From positions 64,001 to 128,000 of the forward strand of contig CAWVRN010000004.1 of the NCBI GenBank assembly GCA_963932905.1: 64,000 bases of DNA, written 5' to 3'. The position numbers and the translations under genes are program-made. Position 1 is the first letter of the stretch. Every line of letters starts with the position of its first letter. Positions 52,786 through 63,126 of this stretch are shown here, piece after piece. Source of the stretch: an uncultured Bdellovibrio sp. (GTDB lineage Bacteria > Bdellovibrionota > Bdellovibrionia > Bdellovibrionales > Bdellovibrionaceae). The notes below the pieces were generated by a model that did not search any database, had not been told where the DNA came from, and saw only the letters and a list, made by a program, of their open reading frames with translations.

Positions 52786-53715
52786 TTAAAAATTAATTCG
52801 TTCTTTTTCAATAACCATTGGTCGCTTTTGGACCTGAGTTAAAATTGTCCCAACATATTCACCAATTATTCCAATGAAAAACAACTGTATGGAAGTCATA
52901 AAGAAAAACCCAATCAACAAAGGTGCCATACCCATGCCGAATTGATCCCAAAAAATTAACTTCAAAACTAAATATATCACTGACGTAATTAACGATATCA
53001 GCCCAAGTGCGAAACCTGCTAATGTAGCCAATCGCAACGGAACTCTAGAATAGCTGACAATTCCCAACATACCAATATCATATAACGTATAAAAATTGTT
53101 TTTTGAAAAACCGCGTTTTCGAACCGGTTGTTTAAAATATATTATCTTTTTCTCGAAGCCTAAATCAGCAATAAGACCCCGAAAATAAGGGTATGGATCA
53201 TCAATAAGCCTAAGGATATCGATAACTTTTCGATCATACAAACCGGTACCTGTGTAGTTTTTAACTAACTTAACGTCAGAAATTTTCCCTAACGAATTAT
53301 AAAACAGCTTACGAATGGCATAAAACAAAGGCGACTCTTCACTTTGATTTTTAACACCAATTACAACTTTATAGCCCTGTTCCCAGCCAGCAATAAAATC
53401 TTTGATTAATTCAGGAGGATCTTGAAGATCAGAGGCCAAAAGCATAGTTGCATCGGCATTCGATTGCATTAATCCATAGACTGGAGAGCGAATATGCCCA
53501 AAGTTTCTTGTGTTACAAATTAGCTTAACATTTTTATCTTGATTACAAAGTTTTTTAACTGAATCAACCGTGCTATCAGTAGACGCATTGTCGATAAAAA
53601 TATGCTCGTAATTATAACCAGGCAACTCAGCAAAAACTTGCTTGATCCGATCATACAATTCTTGAACGTTAGCTTCCTCATTATAACAAGGCGTGACTAC
53701 AGATATGGATCGCAA
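52786..53715 (-). CDS. GtrB-like polyprenyl-phosphate glycosyltransferase (GT2 with two C-terminal TMs)
   Basis: PCYNEE.N, FIDNASTD, RNFG, DLQDPPE, YFRGL, two TMs then GIIGEYVG..L..V.KRP; TTG start with AGGAG SD. Confidence 0.88.
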   Translation of the reverse strand: MRSISVVTPCYNEEANVQELYDRIKQVFAELPGYNYEHIFIDNASTDSTVDSVKKLCNQDKNVKLICNTRNFGHIRSPVYGLMQSNADATMLLASDLQDPPELIKDFIAGWEQGYKVVIGVKNQSEESPLFYAIRKLFYNSLGKISDVKLVKNYTGTGLYDRKVIDILRLIDDPYPYFRGLIADLGFEKKIIYFKQPVRKRGFSKNNFYTLYDIGMLGIVSYSRVPLRLATLAGFALGLISLITSVIYLVLKLIFWDQFGMGMAPLLIGFFFMTSIQLFFIGIIGEYVGTILTQVQKRPMVIEKERINF

Positions 53716-53779
53716 CGAATTCTCCTATGACTGATATCACTTTTTCGAAGAATTTTAGCGAAAAGGCAAGTTAATACTT

Positions 53780-54844
53780 CTAGTTAATCCCAAAGTAATT
53801 GGCAATTTGAAGAGAGGTTAAAGACTTAACATTCTGCTTGTCATAAAACTGCTTATACCAATCTACGGTATTCTTCAAAGTGGTAGAAATATCCCACTTC
53901 GGCGCCCATTTCAGCTGATTACGAACTTTAGAAATATCTAGTTTCAGCAGCTTAGCCTCATGCACGTTTGCTACAGAAGTATTTGTCCAAAAATGTGGCT
54001 TTCCCCAAAGATTACAAACAGTATCGGCAATGACCTCAACTGTAACACAACCAGAGTCTTCAGGACCGAAATTATACCCTTGGGAAAATTTTTGAGGTTG
54101 CTCATAAAGCTTTTCAGCAAGCAAAAGATATCCACCAATTGGCTCTAAAACATGCTGCCATGGTCTAACAGATTGAGGGCTGCGAATTTCAACTTTACGC
54201 CCTTCATCTAGAGCCTGAATTAAATCAGGAACTAATCTATCTAAAGCCCAATCGCCACCACCAATGACATTTCCCGCACGTGCTGAAGCCAAGCCCACAT
54301 CTGGACGCTTTTGAAAGAAAGACTGTCGATATGCAGCTGTGACCAGCTCTGCACAGCCTTTACTACTAGAATATGGATCGTATCCGCCCATTGGGTCATT
54401 TTCTCTATAACCCCAATCCCATTCTTTGTTTTCATAACATTTATCTGTCGTTACAACGACGATACTTTTTACCGCCGGAACCGACCTTAGAGCTTCCAGT
54501 ACATTGGCAGTTCCCATAACGTTCGTTTCATATGTTTCCAAAGGGAAATCATACGAATAACGAACTAAAGGTTGCGCGGCCAAATGCAAAACAATTTCAG
54601 GATTAAATGCTACAATACTTTTTTTTAGTTCACTAAAGTTTCGAATATCTAAAATCTGATGGTCTATTGAACCAGAAATACCTAGTTCTGAAAATAAATT
54701 TATCTTGGTAGGAGGCTCAAGCGAAATCCCCTTCACATTGCTACCCCAAGAAGCTAAAATAGATGATAGCCAAGCACCCTTAAAACCCGTGTGACCAGTA
54801 ACTAAAACTCTCTTGCTTTTCCAAAACTGGTAATTGGTTACCAT
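53780..54844 (-). CDS. rfbG: CDP-glucose 4,6-dehydratase
   Basis: TGHTGFKG.WL, HLAAQPLVR.SY, TTDKCYEN, DPYSSSK, ARAGNVIGGGDW, RPWQHVLEP. Confidence 0.97.
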   Translation of the reverse strand: MVTNYQFWKSKRVLVTGHTGFKGAWLSSILASWGSNVKGISLEPPTKINLFSELGISGSIDHQILDIRNFSELKKSIVAFNPEIVLHLAAQPLVRYSYDFPLETYETNVMGTANVLEALRSVPAVKSIVVVTTDKCYENKEWDWGYRENDPMGGYDPYSSSKGCAELVTAAYRQSFFQKRPDVGLASARAGNVIGGGDWALDRLVPDLIQALDEGRKVEIRSPQSVRPWQHVLEPIGGYLLLAEKLYEQPQKFSQGYNFGPEDSGCVTVEVIADTVCNLWGKPHFWTNTSVANVHEAKLLKLDISKVRNQLKWAPKWDISTTLKNTVDWYKQFYDKQNVKSLTSLQIANYFGIN

Positions 54845-55608
54845 GTTTTCCACGGCGCCTTTCCAGAAGCCCATAAAGACTCCAGGTAATTCTTATCTCT
54901 AAGCGTATCCATTGGCTGCCAAAAGCCTTCATGCTGAAAAGCACATAGTTGCCCAGCCTTGGTAATTGTCTCTAATGGACCTTTTTCCCAAACGGTCGAA
55001 TCGTCCGGAATAAAATTAAGTACATCAGAATTTAAAACAAAAAATCCCCCGTTAATGTAGCCACCTTCTCCCAATGGCTTTTCCTCAAAATTCGTCACTG
55101 TTTTATTTTCGATATGCAATTGGCCAAATCGTCCAGGCGGCCTAGTTGCAGTTACAGTCGCCATTTTTCCATGGTTTTGATGGAATTTTAACAACTCGGA
55201 AATGTTAATATCAGAAACGCCATCTCCGTACGTTAAACAAAAACTTTCTTGAGGTTTTAAATATTTTTGAATGCGCTTAACACGACCACCGGTCATGGTG
55301 TTTTCACCGGTGTCTACGACAGTCACACTCCATGGTTCTGAACCATTCTCATGGACTTCCACTTTATTATTTTTTAAATTAATTGTAATATCGCTGTTGT
55401 GGAGAAAGTAATTCACAAAGTATTCTTTTATTACGTAGCCTTTATAACCACAGCAAATGATAAATTCATTGATACCATAGCTAGAATATATTTTCATTAT
55501 ATGCCAAAGAATTGGGCGCCCACCAATTTCGATCATCGGCTTAGGGCGGAGATGACTCTCTTCACTAATTCTGGTTCCTAAACCACCTGCCAAAATGACT
55601 GCCTTCAT
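54838..55608 (-). CDS. rfbF: Glucose-1-phosphate cytidylyltransferase
   Basis: MKAVILAGGLGTRISEE...PKPMIEIG, TMTGGR, LTYGDG, INGGFF, FWQPMDTLRDK, APWK.W; GAGGGAG SD. Confidence 0.97.
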   Translation of the reverse strand: MKAVILAGGLGTRISEESHLRPKPMIEIGGRPILWHIMKIYSSYGINEFIICCGYKGYVIKEYFVNYFLHNSDITINLKNNKVEVHENGSEPWSVTVVDTGENTMTGGRVKRIQKYLKPQESFCLTYGDGVSDINISELLKFHQNHGKMATVTATRPPGRFGQLHIENKTVTNFEEKPLGEGGYINGGFFVLNSDVLNFIPDDSTVWEKGPLETITKAGQLCAFQHEGFWQPMDTLRDKNYLESLWASGKAPWKTW

Positions 55609-55771
55609 AAACGCTCCCTCAATTATTTTTCGCAATGATCGACATACTAATATAATTTTACCTAGAAGGTAAACATAAATAAACAGTACGTGGAAGTTGA
55701 CGAACAGGCCCAAAACTAGTTAGTTTTCAACCCTTACATGTTATACAAACTAAATGCGAGAAAGAGACTAA

Positions 55772-57898
55772 ATGACGTTCATTAATAGCCTTAGGAAACA
55801 CTCTACTGACATCGCTTTACTGATCGCCATTTTTGTTTTCTTTCCATTTGTTTATAGTCTAACATTCAAACAAACAGGTAATATTTGGAGATACCCCCTC
55901 GGCTACGGCGAAGATGGGGCTTTAACCCTAGCAATCATTAAGGGAATTATTCAAAATGGGTGGTATCTCGAGAATCCGTACCTGGGCGCCCCATTCAATC
56001 AATTAAATTTCGATTTTCCGATTCCCGATCTACTATTCCTATTCATTATCAAAATCCTAGGACTTTTTCGCGCCGATCATTTTCAAATATTTAACATGTT
56101 TTTCTACCTTTCCTACTCGATGGTGGGATGCAGTGCTTTCGCTGTACTCCGAAGGTTAAATATTTCTCCCGCAGTTAGCCTCCTTGGCGCTTTCGTTTTT
56201 GCTTTTTTGCCGTATCATCAACTTCGACTTAATCATCTTTTTTTAATCAATTATTTTGCAGTTCCCGTATTCGCTTACTACGCATACAAATGCTTTTTAG
56301 AAGATAAAAAAATCTCTGGAAAAGAACTATTGATATCGGGGGCCCTTATCACTCTCGCTTCGGCAGGCGGCGTTTATTACGCCTTTTTCGGAGGATTCTT
56401 TATTGGTGTATCTGCCACTCTCGCTTGGCTAAAAAATTCGAATATTTTAGCAGTCAAACGAGCTATCAGCTATATTGGAGTTATATCAGTTACAGTTTTG
56501 CTTTGCATATCACCAAATATTGTTTGGCAGATGGAAAATGGAAAAAATCCAACGGTCGGACAACGTATTTTTATGGAATCAGAAGTTTTTGGTTTAAAGA
56601 TTGCGCAGCTAGTTCTACCAATGCAGGGACACCGACTCGGAGCATTTGCAAAAATAAATCGCAGCTACTCAAGCATGGCTCCCAATGTTAACGAAAATGC
56701 TGGATCAAGCCTCGGCATGTTTGGAGTCATTGGTTTTCTGGGTTTACTTTTGATGATTCTGGATATCAGGCCGATTGACCCTAAAACTTATATTACTTCA
56801 AGATTGAATTTTCTTGGCGTTCTTTTTGCGACGGTGGGAGGAGCCGGAGTTTTATTTTCTATGTTCGTTACTCCACAGTTCCGGGGAATGAACCGAATTA
56901 GTACATTTATTGCTTTTTACTCTATCGTTTACTTTTGCGTTCTCGTTGATAAGATAATTAATAAAATTAATTTGAAACTATTTTCGTTGATTAGCCTCAG
57001 GTACATAGCCGTCCCCCTATTGTTTATATTTTCCTACTGGGACCAAGTAAGTCCACAACACGCACCCGGAATTGTTCATGCCTATTCAATGTTTGACAGC
57101 AACGACTCTTTTTTCAAAAACTTAGAAAAAACAGTCCCTTCTCAAGCAATGATTTATCAATTGCCATATGTGCGCTACCCAGAAAGCCAGATACTTTTCA
57201 AAGAAGGGTATTATGCTCTAGTGCGACCGTACCTACATACAGAAAAAATCAAATGGAGTTATGGTCAAATGGGATATAGAGATGGTGACGCATGGATGTC
57301 TGCTCTATCAGCATATCCAATCGAAAAACAAATAGCAGTTTTAACGGACTTTCCTTTTTCGGGTGTCTTAATTGACAGACTGGGACTACGAGACAATGGG
57401 GCAGACCTTGAGGGGAAGCTAAACAAGTTAATTCCCGATGCCCCTCTAATTAGTCCAGACAAACGATACTCTTATTATTCTTTTGAAAACTACAAAGGAT
57501 TATCGGGAACAGAAACCCTTTTGCCTATTTTTAATAATAACTGGTATCCCCCCGAAACTGACGGCCCCGCAAAATGGATGTGGTCGAGATCAAACGATTC
57601 GTCATTTATTTTAAAACCGTTTTCAAACAAAACAACTCGGTGCATAGTTAAGTTTAATCTGCAAGCAAGTAAACCATCGATAGTTACAATGACAACGACT
57701 GATGCATCTGTAGCTACCAAATCCTACGATTTCAATAAAGAGAACAACTTTGACGTCACCCTGGATATCTTGGTTAAAAAAGAGGGAACGCGACTAAGTT
57801 TCAAAACCGAAACAGAACCAATTCAGCTCGATGCTTCAGATGCGAGATACTTTTCCTTCAGACTAAGAGACCTAACTGTTTGCGGAGAGAAGTTTTAG
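55772..57898 (+). CDS. Polytopic membrane protein, putative GT-C (YfhO-like) glycosyltransferase with C-terminal periplasmic domain
   Basis: GED after TM1, GWYLENPYLGAP, FLPYH..RL.H, FR..NRIS, YQLPY..YPE; divergent from rfbF. Confidence 0.6.
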   Translation: MTFINSLRKHSTDIALLIAIFVFFPFVYSLTFKQTGNIWRYPLGYGEDGALTLAIIKGIIQNGWYLENPYLGAPFNQLNFDFPIPDLLFLFIIKILGLFRADHFQIFNMFFYLSYSMVGCSAFAVLRRLNISPAVSLLGAFVFAFLPYHQLRLNHLFLINYFAVPVFAYYAYKCFLEDKKISGKELLISGALITLASAGGVYYAFFGGFFIGVSATLAWLKNSNILAVKRAISYIGVISVTVLLCISPNIVWQMENGKNPTVGQRIFMESEVFGLKIAQLVLPMQGHRLGAFAKINRSYSSMAPNVNENAGSSLGMFGVIGFLGLLLMILDIRPIDPKTYITSRLNFLGVLFATVGGAGVLFSMFVTPQFRGMNRISTFIAFYSIVYFCVLVDKIINKINLKLFSLISLRYIAVPLLFIFSYWDQVSPQHAPGIVHAYSMFDSNDSFFKNLEKTVPSQAMIYQLPYVRYPESQILFKEGYYALVRPYLHTEKIKWSYGQMGYRDGDAWMSALSAYPIEKQIAVLTDFPFSGVLIDRLGLRDNGADLEGKLNKLIPDAPLISPDKRYSYYSFENYKGLSGTETLLPIFNNNWYPPETDGPAKWMWSRSNDSSFILKPFSNKTTRCIVKFNLQASKPSIVTMTTTDASVATKSYDFNKENNFDVTLDILVKKEGTRLSFKTETEPIQLDASDARYFSFRLRDLTVCGEKF

Positions 57899-57908
57899 CC
57901 AGAATACT

Positions 57909-58229
57909 TTAACCCGGGTATTTGTCATTTTTTGAGCTTGGGACCTTCACTACAACAGTGATCGTGTCTTCAAGTGCCTCAAATGCAGTAGATTCGTTAG
58001 GTTTAATAACTATAATTGCGCCTGATTCGTAAACACTGTTAAACATTCTGACTTTGCCTTTTGCGATAACAGTAATTTCCGTGGATATTTTATGATGGTG
58101 TTTTGATTCCGAATCACCTTTTTTATATTCTTTTACCGCGACCTCAAATTCTTTTGAGGAGATAACGTTGGGCTCGAAATCTCCGACGAACCATCCTTTA
58201 GTCATTTTACTTAAATCAAATAAATCCAT
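57909..58229 (-). CDS. Small cupin-like protein
   Basis: H.HK..TEIT...G motif and IIVIKPNE; last gene of the gmd operon. Confidence 0.7.
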   Translation of the reverse strand: MDLFDLSKMTKGWFVGDFEPNVISSKEFEVAVKEYKKGDSESKHHHKISTEITVIAKGKVRMFNSVYESGAIIVIKPNESTAFEALEDTITVVVKVPSSKNDKYPG

Positions 58230-58232
58230 TTC

Positions 58233-59402
58233 CTACCCCGAAATCATTTCGATAAGTTTGCAAGTATACGAATCCCAGTCATAACTATCTTGAACCAAAG
58301 ATAAGTTTTTCCTTTCTATCATTTCTTGCATTCCGGACGCTATTGAATACTCATCCCAAGACTCAACATACACAGAGGAATAGCAAGAGGCTTCAGGCAA
58401 ACTACTACCCCAATTACTTAAGGATACTTTGCCTAGAGAGCGTGCCAGTGCCAATGGAAGTCCGTAGCCCTCATAGCAAGAGATCATACACAGACCTTGG
58501 GAATCTCTGATAGCAGCGTACATATCCTCATCACTTAAATATCCGGTAAAATGTAACCGATTCTTTAATTGGGGATCATTACAATGCTTTTCGAAAATGA
58601 TATCGCTCTTCCAGCCACTTCCTCCAACAAAAACTAGTTTATATTCAGGATGAAGTTGGCTAAAAACTTTGAAACCTTCCAAGAGCTTTACGATATTTTT
58701 TCTGGGTTCAACTGATCCAACCACTATAAAATATTTATCCAAATTAACCGGTTTTCGCGCTGAAGAATTCGCGTGAAAACCATCAGCCATTTTGTAGGTT
58801 GGTAGCTGCAAATAACTTAATTTTTGTTTTGAACCAGAAAAGCCATAATCATAGATATCTAGTAAGCAATGCCGAGAAATTGATATTACATGGTTGAAAC
58901 GACTTACAAATGGCAGATAGTGATTGTTAAACCAATCGGCAACTCCCGTATTCGCATATTCGGGCAACAGAGTTGGCGTAATATCATAAAGAGTAATAGA
59001 TTTAGTCACACTACTTTTTCGATTTAGAATCTCGTCACATCCGAAAAGACTTTGAATATGAAAGTGATCTGACGAATCAAGTATCTGATGAATAGCATCA
59101 TCAGACATATCATAGTCATATTTCGAAAAATCAAACCCCCAAATTTCCACGGATGTTAGACCAATTGATTCTTCTATAGATTTCAATATGTTCTTTGGAT
59201 TTCTTAAGAAAATCTTATGACTAGAACCTTTAACTCCTTCTGGCAAAAAAGGAAGCAAGATAATTTCTTTATCCGGAAACTTTTTTCGATTTCGAACGAC
59301 GCTCAATAAAACTTGGTGAATAACTTCCTGAATACCCGTTTTTTTAAGATGGGTATCAGAAATCGTTAAATTCGCAACATCGACAACAATTTTCTTTTTC
59401 AT
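58233..59402 (-). CDS. Glycosyltransferase family 4 (mannosyl/rhamnosyltransferase-like)
   Basis: TGIQEV, TLYDITP, VGSVEPRKN, G..GW, YEGYGLP. Confidence 0.88.
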   Translation of the reverse strand: MKKKIVVDVANLTISDTHLKKTGIQEVIHQVLLSVVRNRKKFPDKEIILLPFLPEGVKGSSHKIFLRNPKNILKSIEESIGLTSVEIWGFDFSKYDYDMSDDAIHQILDSSDHFHIQSLFGCDEILNRKSSVTKSITLYDITPTLLPEYANTGVADWFNNHYLPFVSRFNHVISISRHCLLDIYDYGFSGSKQKLSYLQLPTYKMADGFHANSSARKPVNLDKYFIVVGSVEPRKNIVKLLEGFKVFSQLHPEYKLVFVGGSGWKSDIIFEKHCNDPQLKNRLHFTGYLSDEDMYAAIRDSQGLCMISCYEGYGLPLALARSLGKVSLSNWGSSLPEASCYSSVYVESWDEYSIASGMQEMIERKNLSLVQDSYDWDSYTCKLIEMISG

Positions 59403-60364
59403 TTTTTTCTTAGTATAATAAATAAGTCTTGATATTCATTAGTGAAAAACTCATTTCTAGAAGTGTAATCATCAACAGCAATCGCTGTATTGTTCGAATC
59501 AAACACTCCAAAAAACGATTCAAAACCCAGGGATTCAACAAGTGCTCTAATGGCAGATAAAGGGTAAGGTCGAATATGCTGTTCATCTGCCCAAAACAAA
59601 TCGGCTAATGTCCTGAAGTTCAATGTATTTGGCATCTCTATAAAAGCTACTCCGTTAGCATTTAGCATATCTTTAAGCTTTTTAAAAAAATAATATTGAT
59701 CAATAACTTGCAAATGCTCAACCAAATGGATTGCCGTAATAAAATCAAATTTTTCGGTAGTCATAGAAGTAAAGCTCATTACATCAGCCTGAATATATCT
59801 ATTACCTCTTAACCCTTCTGGTTCAAAAAAAGTGCAAAACGAGTCTACACCACAAACTGAACCAAAATTTAGTTTCTTTTGAAACATTTCAGTCACGTAG
59901 CCATTTCCGGCCCCCAAATCAACATATGATTTACCAACAAATTCACCAGAATGAAAAAACCCATGTTCAACCATATACTCCAGGCGATGGTGATAACGAG
60001 TTCTCAAACTCTCAACACTGCCTCTCAAAAAAGTTGTAAAAGACACAAGATGATCCAGCTTTTCTTTTGAAACCGAATTTTTAATCAACCCTTGATCAAC
60101 TGTTCCAGAATGATCAGTCGCCTTACCGTACAGAAGGTAATTTAGCTTACCATCCATTATAATTGTGCGTTGCTTGGTGCGTTCAAAACCTTCCATAACA
60201 TCATCAAAGCGACTATAATTACGCCGGTTAAGTTCAAGAAGTGCTCGCAGATCGGCGGGATCAAAAGCTGTCAATTGATAGAAATTTCTAATACGGAAAT
60301 ATATCCGTTTGGGTAATAGTTTCTTAAGCGATCTGACTATAAGCGATTTGATTTTGCCAAACAT
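59399..60364 (-). CDS. SAM-dependent methyltransferase (glycan-modifying, chain-terminator-like)
   Basis: VDLGAGNG, HLVEHL, IEMPN, FWADEQHIRPYP; helical N-terminal extension. Confidence 0.8.
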   Translation of the reverse strand: MFGKIKSLIVRSLKKLLPKRIYFRIRNFYQLTAFDPADLRALLELNRRNYSRFDDVMEGFERTKQRTIIMDGKLNYLLYGKATDHSGTVDQGLIKNSVSKEKLDHLVSFTTFLRGSVESLRTRYHHRLEYMVEHGFFHSGEFVGKSYVDLGAGNGYVTEMFQKKLNFGSVCGVDSFCTFFEPEGLRGNRYIQADVMSFTSMTTEKFDFITAIHLVEHLQVIDQYYFFKKLKDMLNANGVAFIEMPNTLNFRTLADLFWADEQHIRPYPLSAIRALVESLGFESFFGVFDSNNTAIAVDDYTSRNEFFTNEYQDLFIILRKK

Positions 60365-61236
60365 TAAATACCCTTTAAAAATGCGTCTACAAACTCCGCA
60401 TCTGATTTTTTATTTTTATAAGAAGAACTGAAAGAACCGATAATATGAGTCGGTTCACCACTTCTTACTAAAGCTGGATCAGTTTCAATTTTGACTTTTT
60501 TATTTAACTTTTCAGAAAACAAATTTACTAATGACCTTAGATTTCTTCCCACACCACTCGATAAATTCAAAACTTCGAATTTACCACGTGAATTACTTTT
60601 TAGGTCGGCCAGGAAAAACTCCATAAGATCCGACACCAAACTAAAATCACGATAGATATCTAGGTTACCTAATTTTATGGTATCCCCGTCTTTTGCGTTT
60701 AGAATTTGGTTATAAACCGATGGCAGGAAGAAACGATTCGATTGTGACTTGTGTGTATGATTAAACAGTCTTAATATCGTCACGTGCGCTGAAGAAATCT
60801 GTGAATACCCTTCGAGAGTTTTCTCCGCCAATAACTTTGTGAACGCATATGTGTTTTGCGGCTCAATAACAGATTGATGATCAAAACTGACACGATCATT
60901 TTTTTGAACCGATTTGTAGACTTGAGCCGTACTTGAAAAATACAAGTTCCCAGCAAAGTTAATATTCCTAAGTGCAAATACCAAATTCTCGGTACCTAGG
61001 CAGTTTACTTGTAATGCTTTTCCAGGATCTGCTTCACATTCCATAACGTGGCTCATGCCAGCCAAATGAATCACAACATCAGGAACAAAGGATTGTATAG
61101 AGGTAGTGAGTTCAGAGTTATTTATTATTTCACCCGTGAACTCATGAACTTGAAAAAGGTCCGAATTCTGCTTAAGCAGAGTCACTAGATGACTGCCTAA
61201 AAAACCAGTGGATCCAGTGACAAAGACCTTTTTCAT
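60364..61236 (-). CDS. rmd: GDP-4-keto-6-deoxy-D-mannose reductase-like SDR (GDP-D-rhamnose)
   Basis: TGSTGFLG, HLAGMSHV, YAFTK, RLFNHT...QS..F, LGNLDIYRDF; directly after gmd. Confidence 0.75.
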   Translation of the reverse strand: MKKVFVTGSTGFLGSHLVTLLKQNSDLFQVHEFTGEIINNSELTTSIQSFVPDVVIHLAGMSHVMECEADPGKALQVNCLGTENLVFALRNINFAGNLYFSSTAQVYKSVQKNDRVSFDHQSVIEPQNTYAFTKLLAEKTLEGYSQISSAHVTILRLFNHTHKSQSNRFFLPSVYNQILNAKDGDTIKLGNLDIYRDFSLVSDLMEFFLADLKSNSRGKFEVLNLSSGVGRNLRSLVNLFSEKLNKKVKIETDPALVRSGEPTHIIGSFSSSYKNKKSDAEFVDAFLKGI

Positions 61237-61240
61237 TTAA

Positions 61241-62239
<999 letters not shown>

Positions 62240-62340
62240 TTATTGCCCGACTTTGCAAGAGTTATTTTTGACTCTTTTGATCAATACCACACAGTTTAAC
62301 AGCGCTTGAACTTAGCTACGGAACACTGTAATACTGAGTT

Positions 62341-63126
62341 ATGCGCGTTAACCGAGTAATAGACATGTTCTGCCCATATCACAAATTCTTAGTTTTCAAC
62401 CTCGTTCGGCGGAATTTGAAACTAAAATATCGAAAATCCTTTTTAGGGATCTTTTGGACGCTTCTGGCGCCCCTAATAACCGCCCTTATATACTACGTTG
62501 TTTTCCAATTTATCATGAAGGTACAAGTACCTAACTACATTTTGTTTTTGCTATTAGGTTTAATGCCTTGGGGTTTCTTTGTCGGATGCCTAAATTCTGG
62601 ACTGGAATCACTAGTAGCCAATGCTAGTCTTTTGAACAAAATCCCGCTACCGCTGCACGCTATTGCGTTCTCTGACTGCATTACGGCGTTCATTAACTTT
62701 GCCTTCTCGATTCCTGTTATTTTGGGTGTGGCGATTGCGACACAAGCGCCTATAGGACTAAGCATGTTAGCTTTCCCTTATTTTCTATTTTTGCTTTTCA
62801 TTCAGGGATACTCTCTTGCCATAATTTTAGGTCTATATTTCGTATCATTTCGCGATTTAAGGCATGCCCTTCAGATTCTACTACAAATCTGGTTCTACCT
62901 TACTCCCATTATCTACGAATCAAAAATGGTCCCTGCAAATTTGAATTTCCTGGTGGTGCTAAATCCTCTATCCGCGATTTTTTCAGGAATTCACGATATA
63001 TTTATTTATGGCCAGGCTCCGAGTTCGTTTCAGTATCTGCACTCGTTGATTTGGACACTGATTATTTTTTTCTCCTCTTATTTCGTTCTAAAATATAAAC
63101 AAGATACAGTTATCGAGTCATTATGA
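62341..63126 (+). CDS. wzm: Polysaccharide ABC transporter permease
   Basis: KLKYRKSFLGIFW..L.P, FRDL, WFYLTPIIY, LNPL. Confidence 0.93.
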   Translation: MRVNRVIDMFCPYHKFLVFNLVRRNLKLKYRKSFLGIFWTLLAPLITALIYYVVFQFIMKVQVPNYILFLLLGLMPWGFFVGCLNSGLESLVANASLLNKIPLPLHAIAFSDCITAFINFAFSIPVILGVAIATQAPIGLSMLAFPYFLFLLFIQGYSLAIILGLYFVSFRDLRHALQILLQIWFYLTPIIYESKMVPANLNFLVVLNPLSAIFSGIHDIFIYGQAPSSFQYLHSLIWTLIIFFSSYFVLKYKQDTVIESL

